A stretch of 64,000 nt of DNA from Mobula hypostoma (Eukaryota): contig NC_086117.1 of assembly GCF_963921235.1 (NCBI RefSeq), positions 26,660,001 through 26,724,000 of the forward strand, read 5' to 3'. Every line of letters starts with the position of its first letter. Position 1 is the stretch's first letter. The notes beneath the pieces were generated by a model. It made no database searches, was not told the DNA's origin, and saw nothing but the letters and a program-made list of their open reading frames with translations. The position numbers and the translations under genes are program-made. Below, piece after piece: positions 1 to 13,900 of the stretch.

Positions 1-228
1 GTTGTAAAGACACATGTGGGACAGATAGGAAAGAAATACAAGTACAATAAAAGGAAAGTGTTTTTATTCTGCCAGTTCAAAACCAGCAATGAAACCCAAA
101 ATGCCTCATGAAGCATCACTCCATTTGAGATCATTCAATGGCTTAGTATCTGCACTCTGCCTTTTCACAAGCAATTGCTCTTTCTGTAAGAAAGATTTTG
201 GGGGTAAGTAATGCAAAGTGTTCCTTAC

Positions 229-275
229 CAGTTGGATACACTCTGCTTCCTCAGCTTCCTCTTCATAATATCCTG
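229..275 (-). CDS. SNAPC4: SNAPC4 second coding exon (47 nt)
   Basis: Acceptor cttttcttactccag|cag, acidic peptide AGYYEEEAEEAECIQL, donor ctg|gtaagg; phase fits the preceding exon. Confidence 0.65.
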
Positions 276-1471
276 CTGGAGTAAGAAAAGGCATCACTTC
301 ACAAATACAGCAAGTCCTGTACTGAGAGGAACATGATTATGCTTCTTGGAGACATCATTAATCTTCACAAAAAGGGAAGTACATAATACTAAACCAGATA
401 AGCGGTGCTGGTATACAATACTATCCACTAGCCTCCCAGCAATATAATCCTCTTTGCCAATTTACACCCACAGTAGAATCTTCTATTCCCCCCCCCAGTT
501 TAATCAGATACAAGAGTTGGATTTATAAAGTACCATTAGGAAGTGGCATTAAAGCATAAAACCCTAACAACCATTCATAATGGATATGCTTTGGTTGCCA
601 GTGGCTCTGAGTTCATACACCCTATTTAATTTTATATATAATGCCGCAAAATATCACAGAAGCATTGCTAAATATTTACCCCCCCCCCTTTAAGCCCTAC
701 TATTAACTTTAGCTCAGAGAGAAGATTAAATGTTCATCTCCTGGTCAGAGACACCCAATAGAGGGTTGGCAATACCAGGTCAGAAACTCTTAGCTCATCA
801 CAGCCTTTGATGCTCATTCAGATATCTTCAGCAGATCAAAATAAACAGCAGCCCTGGGGTCACGGATCACAGCCCAATCTGACATCCTCCAATGCTATGC
901 AAAACATCATTTCACACAAAACAAGCTTTCACTTTTCTTCCACCTATTTTATTCCGTTCTCCACCCCGCATTCGCTCTCACCACCTCATCAGACCAAACC
1001 AAAACCATTCTCCCTGTTCACCCTTCTCTAGCACTTCACTCTCACTCTTTTCTTATTGCTTTCTTCACTCCCTCTGGAGGGAAATTATGCAGTTTCTTTA
1101 CTAGAGGTATACAATTCTCTTACTCTTCATCTCCCAATACACCGCCTTTTCCCTAGTCGCTCACACTCCCTCCTGGTCCACTACCCCATCGACTCCCTTC
1201 ATCCCAAGTAACCTTTTTTTTACCCACTCCTTCACTAAACCCTTCTCTCCTTTCCCTCTCTTCTCCATACAGTTTTCCCTTAGCGCACCGCCACCCCAAT
1301 CCCCTACTCGCTGGACTAAGGTTACCCCGTTCCCTACCACCACTTACCGCTCTCCTTGCCTCCCAGGTCTTCAATGGCGCCCACTCCCAGGCGCTGTTCC
1401 AACTCCAGGATCTCCCGTCGAATCCGCTCTCTCTCCGTCTGTAATATTTCGCTGCCTCCCTGGGCCTCCAT
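229..1471 (-). CDS. SNAPC4: snRNA-activating protein complex subunit 4, first two coding exons (gene continues off the left edge)
   Basis: Exons 1348-1471 and 229-275. Translation MEAQGGSEILQTERERIRREILELEQRLG resembles the human SNAPC4 N-terminus (MDVDAEREKITQEIKELERIL). GT-AG sites, compatible phases, and position just downstream of ENTR1 as in human. Not in the ORF track. Confidence 0.8.
1348..1471 (-). CDS. SNAPC4: SNAPC4 first coding exon
   Basis: ATG at 1471, 2 nt after the acceptor tctacag|cg; MEAQGGSEILQTERERIRREILELEQRLGVGAIEDLGGKES; donor gcg|gtaagt, phase 1. Confidence 0.82.
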
Positions 1472-1473
1472 CG

Positions 1474-1740
1474 CTGTAGATATAGAATGCTGGACGGACC
1501 TCGTGGTTTCGGCGCAAAGTCAAAGTACGAACTGATAGCGATGCTGAGGACCCACACCTCCCTCGGCAACCATTTCGTGAGCACCGACACCTGGTGAATG
1601 CTAAGTTCCAGTTCCGGTTCCGGTTCAATCCCAAACTCCTCCCCCGTCCTTTCAAACTCTCCCATCCCCCTCGCACAGTTATCTTCCACCCATCGTCACT
1701 ATTCATCTGAACTACTCCCGTCTTCCATTCCCATTCGGAT
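1474..1740 (-). promoter_or_regulatory. CpG-rich SNAPC4 promoter / non-coding first exon with tandem ETS (CCGGAA) motifs
   Basis: CpG-rich patch; minus-strand gaaccggaaccggaactggaac at 1605-1626; candidate donor gag|gtgtgg at 1558/1557 giving an 84-nt intron to the acceptor at 1474. Confidence 0.55.
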
Positions 1741-4160
1741 CTTACACCCCAGTCCAACATCCCCCTGTCACCCACTCAGTTCTCTCAAATGACCTCCATC
1801 ATCAAAGTAAACTCCTTGTGGAGTAAACCACTGCTTCAAATTTCCATTTCTGAACTCGACCCCACTCCATACACACCCCATCACACTTTTTCCAGTTCAA
1901 ACCCCCATTCACACAAGCTTCAAAGTGCATTCCATAAACTCACACGACTCAGCCTGTACCTACTAGTGCCCACATATACTTCAAAACCTACCAGTCATCA
2001 TCAAGTGCCCTCATTGAACCCAATGCACTTGTCATGTAAGTGTGCCCAAACCCCAGATATCGAAGTTGAATTTTCAACCATCAGCAGCTGGAACTTCAAG
2101 TGGCCATAAAATTGCTAGGTGGTTGTAGACGCACAAGTTGTTTTCTAATACTTCCTTAAGCCTTTTGGTTTTAGTTTAGAAATTATTTAATATTAAATTT
2201 ACAAGATGAAAATACAGCACCCCCTTCGTCCTGCTTTGAACTATGCACGAATCTGGAGCCAGATTTGACCTTGCCCATATTCTGTAATTCATACAGGAAA
2301 TTCTACCCAACAGATCACAAGAAAGGGCAAGTTTTACAGATAAGTAAAACTCCAGGGGAATAATTTTAATATTCCCAATTATAATAGTTTCATGTGACTA
2401 CAGAACTACTCTGCTAACTTCATGATATAAGGGTACATTGAAATAAAAATGTGGTTCCATGAGGAATGAACTAAGAATAATAAAACTCAAGGATTTCTAT
2501 AATTCAAGGAGTTGATAATTTATTTCTGATATGTACACAAGTTATAAATTATTTCAATCATTCCAGTATATTATACAAAATCTTAAATAGACATCTCAAT
2601 GTTAAAAATATAGTTTCTTCAAACCCAGTTTAGTAAGGAAGAACTAACAAATCCATTATCTTCTAATTCTATACTACAAGGCAAATAGTTCATAGTTCCC
2701 TCTCAGAGGTGGCCCCCACCCCCAGCCTGCTATATCTATTATCACCTAAGCACAGAGTAAACAACTCTTTCAACCTCACCCCACCCCCACTTCCTCTTGA
2801 AACTTCTTGAATATGTGAATATCTTTTATCCATGCTTTATCTTTGCAGCAAAATAACACATTTACACTCTGTCCCAGTACCCAAATAGTTCTGATCCAAG
2901 TTCCAAAATGTTCCACTGCTTCCCCCATGATGTGTCTGCAGCCCTTAACACAAATTGCATAATTCTCTTCCAATCATCTAGACCAGACCAAACTCATCTG
3001 GTTCCATTCTTATTCATTCTGTGGTGGCTAGAGTTTGCAATCTTTTCCCATCATACTCTCATGCAATTACCTTTAAGATTCCTCTAAGCTCTTCTTTCTC
3101 ACAGTGAGGTTGCCCTTCAGCAGCAACATCTGAAAACACAACTTCTGTTTCCACAAACCCTAATAATACTTTGATTTACCTCACCATGTCTTATTACTTA
3201 AACTGTTAGTGTGCTTCTCCATATACTTAGCACTGGATAATCAGAAATTTATCCTATCTAATACTAGCAGTATTAAATCCCAATACAAACTGTTCACCAG
3301 CCACCAATTCCATCCTCTTCCAAGCAACACTCTGATGCTAAATCAAAAAGTTTGTAAACTTGCTTACATCCATTCAATCATTAAGATATCCATATTAGTA
3401 AAATTAGCTAACACTGTTTGGTTTAGTGTAATTGTTGCTGTAAACTTTCTTTATGTCCTGTTGCCTGAGTGCTCCCAATTTTATTTGTATGACTTCAACT
3501 GTCAACACTCAAAGCTCTGAATTCTATCCCTAAACTTCTCTCTTTCCTCTTCTAAGATACTCCTTAAAATTAGAATTTGGATTAAACTGTGGGTTTCTGC
3601 ACCAAGGTGCCCTGGTGTTAAAGTATCGAGTCATAACAATTCATTGAAATAATCTGGTTGATTTAGAGTATATACCAAAAACACACACAAATACAAGATT
3701 GTTGTTGTCATTCCTTGTATGAAAACACTTATTTACCACAAGCATGCTGTGTTAAAAGTGTTTTAAATTACACAGACGTATTTCAAAGAATATTCTTGTA
3801 AATTTTCAGTTTAGAAAATCAATGGCAATCTAAATTATCTATTATGGGAAGGATAGGAAAATCCTTTTACTTTAATGGGAAGCCCAGAATATGGGTATAA
3901 CCTTAAAATGAAAGCAGGATAATTCAGATTTAAAATCAAAAAACTATCTTCATATTGACAATAGAATTCTTCTGTTCCCTAATAAAGCTCCTAAAACAGC
4001 GCTCCAATTGGACATCTCAAAACTGAGATGTTTGCGAAGTAACTGTATTTAGTGATAGGGAATCAAGGCAGGTAAACTAATTTAAGACAATGTTTTAAAT
4101 GCCTAGCAGCAAGGGGTTGAAGGTATTTGCACAATGCTGGATAATCACCTTTATAATAGT

Positions 4161-4166
4161 TTTATT
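4161..4166 (-). terminator. candidate ENTR1 polyadenylation signal AATAAA
   Basis: tttatt on +, about 700 nt downstream of the ENTR1 stop. Confidence 0.45.
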
Positions 4167-4866
4167 TGACTGTACAGCCATGTTCCTGCAGGGATCACTA
4201 AGTTTAGAGCAGGAGTGAAGGTTATTCCGGGCTAATCCTTCCACCACTGCCACTGGCAGCTGAAGTGGCTGAGTCACCAATGGTACACTGGTGCTGCTGC
4301 AGCCAGGGATCAATGTTTGAGAGCTTTCTGATAAATGCAAACGCTGAACTTTTGAAAAGCAGGAGAAACTTTAAACGAAGAGGATCATCATAGTTTACAC
4401 TGCACTGCATGAGGTAGTGGATTGAGTGAAGAACAGGGAAAAAGTGGTGAACTGCAAGAAGTTAGGTGAAGGGCAAGGGGCCTGCACCTCCATAATTTAA
4501 AAAACTGCATTTAAAACACAAACTTTAAAAGTGTTGGGGGCAGTTTTTTCCTGAGAGGATGATAAACAGAATTTATAATCTACTCACTAATGCTGTAGGT
4601 GAATAAAAAAAATGTTTACATCATTCTTTTCATTTGATACAAATAAGGTATTGAAGGTAAAATGAACACATGGGATCCAACCAAACAAAAGAAGACATTC
4701 AGGAACAATTCAAGCATAAAACAGGCCTTTTCTGGAGTCGTGCATTTGCAGCTTTACTCTGTACCATGGGCAGTGGGGATCGATCAGGCCCAAAGTATCA
4801 TGTTAATAAATACTTTGCAGGTAATGTTCATACTGCAGTGGGTGGAGCTAAATGAAGTTAACAACA

Positions 4867-4975
4867 TCAGCTAGGATCTTCCATTTTGTAGTAAGGTGGT
4901 AGCTCACAGATTTTGTCAATGGACTTCAGTAGATCAGCTGCTAGGCGTAACGTTTCTGCTCCAGACATGATCCGC
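4867..4975 (-). CDS. ENTR1: ENTR1 exon 8 (last coding)
   Basis: cttttag|RIMSGAETLRLAADLLKSIDKICELPPYYKMEDPS-TGA. Confidence 0.92.
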
Positions 4976-7900
4976 CTAAAAGTAAAAGGGATAAAAACAG
5001 ACATATGAAGGCACAGTGTGCAAGCTTGGCAAATTTTACATTGTTAATAATATTGATTTTCTATGAGCTGCATTGATATAAATCTTAGAAAAAGTCTTTG
5101 TAACATTGATTTTTTATTTGAATCTGCACAACACTCCAGTTCTGAAAAAAGCCTAAGAAAATGCAGGAAACACTCATCAGATCAGGAGGAGAAGAGAAAC
5201 TGGGTTATCTCTTCACGTTGAAGGCCTTTATGCGATCCTCCTTGCCTAGGGTGAATCTGTTCACTCCTCAAGTTAACAAGTCATAATTAGGTGCGGCGAG
5301 GTCAGAGGCCAAAAAGGCCTCTCCTAACTGTATAACTGGTCATATAGCCTATAGCGTTCAGGGCCAGATTGATTTTGTTCCTTAATGGCAAAGTTAAGAT
5401 TTCATCTCCAGAATATTCCTGTGGTCTGAACATGGGAAGATGGAGATGATAAGAGTTAGTAAACTCAAGGAGACACTTTGTTGAGAAATGGATGAAATAT
5501 CTGTGTCTGAGAAATTAGAAAAGTTGTAAAAGATTTTGGATAGGATACAAAATGAACAAAGGTGCTTCCCTTTCCTAATCCCTGATCCCCTTCACTCCAA
5601 ATCTTTCTCTTTCCTCCAGTGTCTCCAATATTTCTTTTTTTCTGAAGCATTTGCTGTCTTCTTAGGAAGAGCAAGCTGTCAGATGCATACTTCACTGAGG
5701 TCTCAGCTTCATGTGCAGTCTTCATTAAATAGTCCGAAGCGAGTCGGGCACTATTTTTTGCTGAAATTAGAGCAGCAGTATCTTGAGATCGAAGCCTTTC
5801 ATTTTCAGACTTGCATTGTTGTAGTTCAGCCTGTCACAATGAAACAAAGACACGTCATGATCCACATACAGAGTAGAGTGAAGGTGGGATGGGAAGTGAC
5901 AGGGAGAAAGGGATAAGTGAGAAAAAAAGAGTTGAATGGGAGGAGAGAGAGAAAGAGCGAGAGGAGAGACAATTATAAAATAAACATTCTACCTGTACAA
6001 CTGTAAGTTCTTGCCTCAGCTTAGTCACCGTGTTCTCTGCTTTCACCGCCCGTTTCTGAAATAAATTAATAAATGCAAAGACTTGGTACCAACCCACTTA
6101 CTTCAGTGCTGTTTTTTCCCTTACAAATGTATTTAACAAACAATCTGAAAAACGCACCAGCGAATGGGAATGTGAACTGGGAATAGTTACAATTTCCATC
6201 CAGGATCGGAGCCCCATCCAACCCTGAGCTGGAAGTATGTGCTGCCACATTGTCCAGGCCAAACTCCCAGCCACAATAACCAGATAAATTCTCTCTACTG
6301 GCTTTTGAAACCAGAAGTGCAACTGAGGCTGGAAAATTGAACTGGGTTTCCACTGTACTAGCAGGGACAGTGTTGAGTGGGTCCTGCCCTCTCTCGCAGA
6401 GACCTGTTCTCACCGTCATCAGTTGCAGGTTCTCTTCTACTTGCTGAACCATTGCTTCTAATGCTCGTGCTTCCTTTTCCTCTTTAATTTTCCTTCTCTC
6501 CAGTTCTTCTTCCAATGTCCTAGTCCTAGGGAAATGGCCAGTGAACGTTTAGTGTTACAGCATATCAGGAGTTGTTTCATCAATGTCTCTATTTGTAATT
6601 CTCCAGAACAGCAATGCAAAATGTCCCTTTTCATACACCACCTACTTTTCCTCACTACTTTGATGAGGCACATGGTCTTCTAACATCAATCATCGTCTTG
6701 ATATGAGTGATTTAATTATGATATCTTTTGTTTTACAGCTGAAGCACTGCAGAGCTTTACTCATGAGGTCAAGGATAAATCTGAACCTGAGCTGCAGAGG
6801 TGAAAGGTCAGTGTCCAAGCCCTTCCGTCCAATCTGTAACAGTTCAAGGAAGGGAAGAGGAATACAATAGTGTTGAAGTTAAATTGAAGCTAAATATGCA
6901 AAATTTGATCCCAGAATCTAGCTACTGTTGACTGGCCCAAAAAAAAATCCCAATTTCACTGGAAAAGCTGGCCAACTGTCACCATTTTGACTCTATGTTC
7001 AGGTAAACAATGTCGATTTGAACTATATGTACTGAGTTCATTCAAGAGCTGAAAAGTAGCTTTTAAATAAAATTGAGAAGACAAAGAAAACAGAAAGAGC
7101 CGATTGTTGCTGGTAGTAGTGCATTTCCTATTCATGCTGCTTTTCCTTTCGATCTTTACAAAACTACTACACTACATGCTTCATACCTCTTTATGTGGTT
7201 TTTTGCCAGTTGCTTTGCTTCTTTAGTTCGTCTCCGTAAAAGAGCATTTTCTTCTTTCAGCTGGAAGAGAAATGAGGATTATTTCCAATAAATTTCAGCT
7301 ACTGGTACCTCTGCTGATGTCTCCACCTCTGCTACTGCCAGACTCAATCATTTCAGTGCAAACTTGGAAAGTTTTGCATCTTCTACCCACCTCATCCAGA
7401 AGTATGCTGCCTGTGTCCTAACTCACACCCAATCCTGTTTATTCATCCTCCATTTTGTTTGCTGAGATACAGCACCTCCTTGTCCAGCCACACTTCAATT
7501 TATAGTTCTCAACCTCAAGTTGAAATCCCTAGATACCTTTACTATTCAATATCCCTAAAGTCTCCTCTACTCCTAGAACATCATCCTCAGTCTCCAATCC
7601 TCAAACAGTGGTGTCAAGAAAACAACCTTTCCCTCAATGTTGCAAAAACAAAGGAGCTGGTTGTGGATTACAGGAGGAATGGAGACAGGCTGGCCCTTAC
7701 TTACATCAATAGATCTGGGGTTGGGAGGGTGAACAGCTTTTCGGCATAAACATCACCGAGGATCTCACGTGGTCTGTACATAACTGGCTGTGTGGTGAAA
7801 AACGCACGACAGCGCCTTCTTCAGATGGTTGAAGAAGTTTGGTGTGGGCCCCCAAATCCTAAGGATTTTCTATAGGGGCACAATTGAGAGCATTCTGACT

Positions 7901-10900
7901 GGCTGCATCAATGCCTGGTATGGGAACTGTACTTCCCTCAATCACAGGACTCTGCAGAGAGTGGTGCGGACAGCCCAGCGCATCTGCAGATGTGAACTTC
8001 CCACTATTCAGGACGTTTACAAGGACAAGTGTGTAAAAAGGGCCCAAAGGATCATTGGGGACCTGAGTCACCCCAAACACAAACTGTTGCAGCTGCTACC
8101 ATCCGGGAAATGGTACCGCAGCATAAAAGTCAGGACCAACAGGCTCCAGGACAGCTTCTTCCACCAGTCGACCAGACTGATTAACTCATGCTGACGCAAC
8201 TGTATTTCTACGTTATATTGGTTGTCCTGTTGTACATACTATTTGTAATAAATTACTATATATCGCACATTGCACATTTAGATGGAGATGTAACGTAAAG
8301 ATTTTTACTCCTCATGTATATGAGAAAGTAATAAAGTCAATTCAATTCATTCATACAATACACTAAATGAACATTAAAGTTCCCCTAGAAACATCTCTAC
8401 CCCTTTTACAACCAATCCAGTGTATCCCAATGCTTTAATCTTTCATTATCCCTGCAATATTTTTGAAAGATTTATCCAATTCCTATTACAGGTGCTCCTT
8501 GAACATTCAATTTATGAATTTTCACTCTAATGCCATTGACTCTTCACTTATGAAGCTTGTCTTGCAGTAACAAAAAGCTCATCAATGCACTCTGTTAAGT
8601 ATTTTCTTCCAGAATTTTCTGACTTTGTCAGTGTGTCTGCACTCTGCTTTTTATCTGAATCCATCAGCATTTATTTAGAAAGACCTTTGTCAGAGCAGTG
8701 TAGCAATTAGGGCGACGCTATTACAGCTCAGCGCATCGGGGTTCAGAGTTCAATTCTGGTTCCCTCTGTAAGTAAGTTTGTATATTCCTTCCCGCGTGTG
8801 CATGGTTTTCCTCCAGGTACTCTGGTTTCCTCCCACAGTCCAAAGACATGCCGGTTAGTAGGTTAATTGGTGGTTGTAAATTGCCCCGTGATTAAGTGAG
8901 GATTAGATTGGTGAGTTGCTGGGCGTCACAGCTCAGTGGGCCGGAAAGGCCTATTCCACGGTGAAACTCAAAAAGACGACTCTAAGAGTCATGACAAGCT
9001 GTAAATAGAAGCTAGACGTAATAGGTAGAATTGAAAATCAAGTATTTAGTGCACATCAGCCATTCAGTTAACTTGCAGTATCAGTAGTGTGAACAATCCT
9101 TAAAAATGCAGACAAAATAAATGTTAGTGCCCAAATATTAACCCTTGAAGTATAGCGGATTCTGGCTAATTGGGACACATTGGCACCAGTACATTTTGGC
9201 CCAACTAAGTGAGAAATAAGCAGTAAGATAATTCAATCTTTAAGATAATGTCTTTTTTGAGACGTTGTAAGTGTTGTTACTTCAATGTACTCATGTTATT
9301 TTTCCTGTATAATATAACAATAAGAAGATTTCAAAAGAAAGAAAGATAATTCAGAACTGTATTGCTCACTGCAGACTCAAGCATTTAGACTTGGTGATGC
9401 CAGAAAAGATTTCACTACTTCAAGAAGTTAGGAACTAAAAATATGAAGATATCAACAATCATCTGGAACTGCAACTGGAGATTCGGAGGATGCAATTGTA
9501 GTAAGAATCCTAAAATGCTAGCCAGAGAGAACAAGGAACAATTGCTGGGATCAAATGTGTGATGTGCGGGGGAAGGGTGACCTGGGTGCTAGGTGACCAA
9601 AGTACTGTCTCTGCAGACCTGAGCCTGTAGTGCCCGAGGCAATAGTCACGTGATGGGTCCACTGGACAAAGGATCAACTCAGGTAGGGGTGGAGAGAAGT
9701 GACCAGGGTATAAAAAAATGAGCACACTGATGGCGAGGTCTCTTGGATATGGGCTCACCACAGGTTAAGTTTCTCTACTTTCACGGAAGGCTGAGAAAAG
9801 TCCATCTCCCACCCCCCATCCTCACCGCATTCTACAGAGGATGTATCGAGAGCATCCTGGGCAGCTGCATCATGGCCTGGTACGGGAATTGCACCACCTC
9901 GGATTGCAAAGACCCTGCAGTGGATAGTGGGGTCGGTTGAGAAAATCATCAGGGTCTCTCTTCCCGCTATTACAGACATTTACACCACACGCTGCACCCG
10001 CAAAGCTAACAGTATTATGAAGGACCCCACACACTCCTCACACAAACTCTTCTCCCTCCTGCATCTGGAAAAAGGTACCAAAGCATTCGGGCTCTTGCGA
10101 CCAGACTGTGCAACAGTTTCTTCCCCCAAGCCATCAGACTCCTCAATACTCAAGAGTCTAGACTGACATCTACATTATTTATTATATTGTAATCTGTCCT
10201 CTACTGTGCCTATTGTCTTGTTTATTATTTATTGCACTGCCCTGCACTGTTTTGTGCACTTTATGTAGTCCTGTGCAGTTCTGTAGTCTAGTGTAGTTTT
10301 TATGTTGTTTTTCATGGTCTAGTGTAGCCTTGTGCTGTCTCACATAGTCTAGTGTAGTTTAGTGTTGTTTCAAGTAGCACCAGGGTCCTGGAGGAACGTT
10401 GTTTCATTTTTACTGTGTACAATTAAGCAGCTTATGGTCAAAATGACAATAAACTTACTTGACTGGACTTGAAGTTGTGACTGGCACTGTGGACCGATTG
10501 GAACAGGCTCAGACGTGCTTCCGAGATAAGTACCACTTGGTGCAACTTGCAATAAAGTGTGTTGTGTGCGGCAAGACTTATTTCTATTGGATCTACAAAC
10601 AGTCCTTAACTTTTGGCACAACAGCGATCATCAATATCATTGTATGAAGGCAGTCCATTACTTGCACCAGGTGTCAGAGCTGATTTTGTTCATTTACAGT
10701 CAATCAAAAGAACATGGCAACATAAATTACTCCATCAATAACTATAAGGAACTAATACACAGTTTTATAGGACTGTAGTAGTATTGGTAGTGTTCTGATT
10801 TGCTCTGTATTTCATTTAAATACTTAATTTATTACTCAGTTAAATGGTAGTTTGTCCTTTTTTTGCCTTTTCAACTACTTCCCTGAAACTTTGGCAAATT

Positions 10901-13900
10901 GGGACGAACACCAAGTATCAGTGACAAGAGTCAGTGCTTTTTGAACAGAACCACAGGAAACTCATGCTATTTAAAAACTATTTGCTCTAAGCACAGTGTA
11001 GTATCTAAAAGCCACACAAACACACTTGACTGATGCTAGTTAGAAACTGTTTGGCAACACCTCCTGCCCCAATTAAGCAGCACAGCGTCCCAAAATAAAC
11101 AAAGAGCGTCCTGGATATTTTCTCGATTGATTTTTGATCTTTAAGGGTTATCCCAAATAAATGGCCCCCCTAAATAACCGATCGCTCAATTAACCGGGTC
11201 TTTGATTCTTGAGCTCCAGAACTCAACTAGAAACTAATGGAAAACTCAGAGTAAAACTAATGGGAAATGGCTTTTAATTTACAAAATTTCACTGAATGAA
11301 ACACTCTAACTACAAAACAAGGAATACCTGTTTTACTAACCCTAATTGGAAGTACGCTTTAACCATTCCCTGTAAGAAGAAAAACCATCCCCTCAACACT
11401 TCTCAGTCATCACTTTAAATCTTTTCCACTCAGCCATTTCTTTGTATTGTGAATTGTTTCTTTAAGGCCTTCTTTGCTCTAAGAAGAGCGCACCCAGCTT
11501 TTCCCATCCATCCAGGTAATTGTATTCCTCATTCTTGGAACCTGCTAGCAAATTTCCTCTGTACTTCTCCAAAGCTCTCACGGCCTTCTTAAATTGGTGC
11601 TTTAATGAGACCCAAGGTGAGGGGGTGGGGTGGTGTTGGGGGAACCAGTATTTTGGAAGGATTTGACCTTACCTTCTCATTGCTTAGTAACTGACTTTGA
11701 TAGAGAACCTCCCCGACCAAGTCAAAGTGATCCTTTGGAGGGTCATGGCTATCGCAAGAGGGGTCCATTTGTGAGGCTGCGTTCCCTTTGCAATGTTCCT
11801 CTTCTTCCTCCTCCTGGTCGTCGTCCACTTGCCACTCGGATGGTGCATACTGGGCGCCGTCATGATGCAACAGGTCAGCAGGGCTCAGTGCAAGTGGGGT
11901 GTTGGACATCTCGTGGAGAAAGTTAGAGAAACCACACTCATGAGCAGCCTCAATAACGGCAGGCTGGTACGTTTCACTCCAGTCGTCGTCCTCTTCATCC
12001 AGTGAAGGACTGTTGGGCATCGGATCTGGGAGGTAACTCTCTGGAAAACTCAGCTTCAAGTTCAATTCTTCGGCTGCGGACAGATCGTCTTCAAAGGCAA
12101 TTCCGAGGGAGTCCTGTGGTGGAAGGTTTGTGTGAGGAAAGGCAGGGGACAGTGGGTGTGGGAGGAGGGAGGAGTTGGTAGAAATCGAACGGGTAAGAAA
12201 TACATTGTTAGTGGAACTGCTAGGAAACAGAACGGCTGCATGCATGGTGCCATTAAAGTAACAGAATATACAACTGAGGAGTATACAAATTAGTTGTGTA
12301 TATTGTTTAAGGAAACTAGGAGAATGATTGGTCTTGTAGTTCAGTTTAACAAGACAGCCATTGCAGAATGAAAGTCATTTTAATGATCATAGGAAAGTGA
12401 ATGAGAATCAGGCCCTGCAGCAGCATACGCAAAGACATTTATCTGGCAAATATTAGCTATTTGAGAGAATTATCTAATTTCCTCCTTTCCCTTACTCTTT
12501 CCCATAACCCTTCAAATATTTTTCTTCAAATATTTATGACATTTCATTTCTTTCTTTCAAATCTCCTTGTCCAAACCCTTTGAAAGCTGTTCTGTAAACT
12601 ACCAATTTTCATTATTCTCCCACCGATGGTCTTGCTGTCAGCTGTCTAGGCCCCAAGACCTGAACCTTCCTTTCTAACATATGCTACCAACCTCTAAAAG
12701 AACTGTTACCATCTCAAAGCTTTAAACTGATTGAGCAAGTGGACAAAAACATGGCGGATAAGTATACAATGTTTCATTGTGAAATTACCGTAGGGAAAAA
12801 AAATGAAAGGAAGTGTATTATTTAAATGGAATTAGAGTGGTAGGTGTTGACGTACAAAGAGATTTGAATGTCCTTGTATTCCAGTCACTGGAAACAAACA
12901 TGATATTGCAACAAGCAGTTAAAGAGAGTAAATATCCACCTCGCAGACAATCAACACTGGCGCACCACAGGGATGTGTGCTTAGCCACACAGCTACACCC
13001 GTGACTGTGTGGCTAGGAACAGTTTAAATGCCATCAATATATTTGCTGACAAACAGCTATTGTTGGCAGAATTTCAGATGGCGCTGAGAAGGCGTACAGG
13101 AGTGAGATATATCAGCTGGCTGAGTGGTGTCACAGCAACAACCTAGCACTCAGTGTCAGTTAGACCAAAGAATTGATTGTGGATTTCAGAAAGGGTAAGA
13201 TGAGGGAACACACACCTGTCCTCACAGAGGGATCAGAAATGTCAAGTTCCTGGGTGTCAACATCTCTGAGGATTTATCCTGGGCCCAGAATATCAACACA
13301 GCTACAAAAAAGGCACAGCAGCAGTTATATTTCATTAGGACTTTGAGGAGGTTTGGTATGTCACGAAAAACACTCACAAATTTCTACAGATGCGTTCTAA
13401 CTGGCTGCATCACCATCTGGTATGGGGGGGGGGATTATTGCACAGAATCAAAAGAATTTGCAGAAAGTTGTGATTTTAGTCAGTTCCATCATGGGTACTA
13501 GCCTCCACAGTATCCAGGTCAAGGAGCAACGCCTCAAAAAGACCATCATTAAGGACATGCCCTGTTCACATTTTCTACCATCAGGAAGGAGGTACAGGAG
13601 CCTGAAGGCACACACTTAATGATTCAGGAACAACTTCTTCCCTTTTGTCATTTGATTGCTGAATGGACATTGAACCCATGAACACTAACCCACTACTTTT
13701 TAAAAAAAAATTTCATAACATATGCCAGTGATATTAAACCTCATTCTGAAAGCATGTTGGCCTTCAGTGAGTTTTGGTCTCCTTGTCTTAGAGTAAATAA
13801 CATTTTACCATTTGAGAGATTGGAGCAAAGATTCACCAGACCGATTCCAGGGATGCCAGAACTGCTATATTAGAGAGTAAATCAACCACTGTATGCATTC

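Noticed and set aside
1-1775. Possible endogenous retrovirus gag/env remnant (ORFs 1153-1689 and 106-297, strand-skewed composition)
   Set aside because: A different frame gives a clear SNAPC4-like N-terminus with proper splice sites, and the 106-297 ORF just contains the second exon; no LTR, PBS or pol.
6066-6515. 149-aa ORF, and similar ORFs at 11589-12245, 16298-16732, 51822-52217, 54802-55233, as stand-alone genes
   Set aside because: Each is a real exon with read-through into intron sequence.
10180-10380. Spaced short repeats (tagtctagtgtag) resembling a CRISPR array
   Set aside because: Irregular low-complexity repeats in a Rex1 3' UTR; vertebrate DNA and no cas genes.
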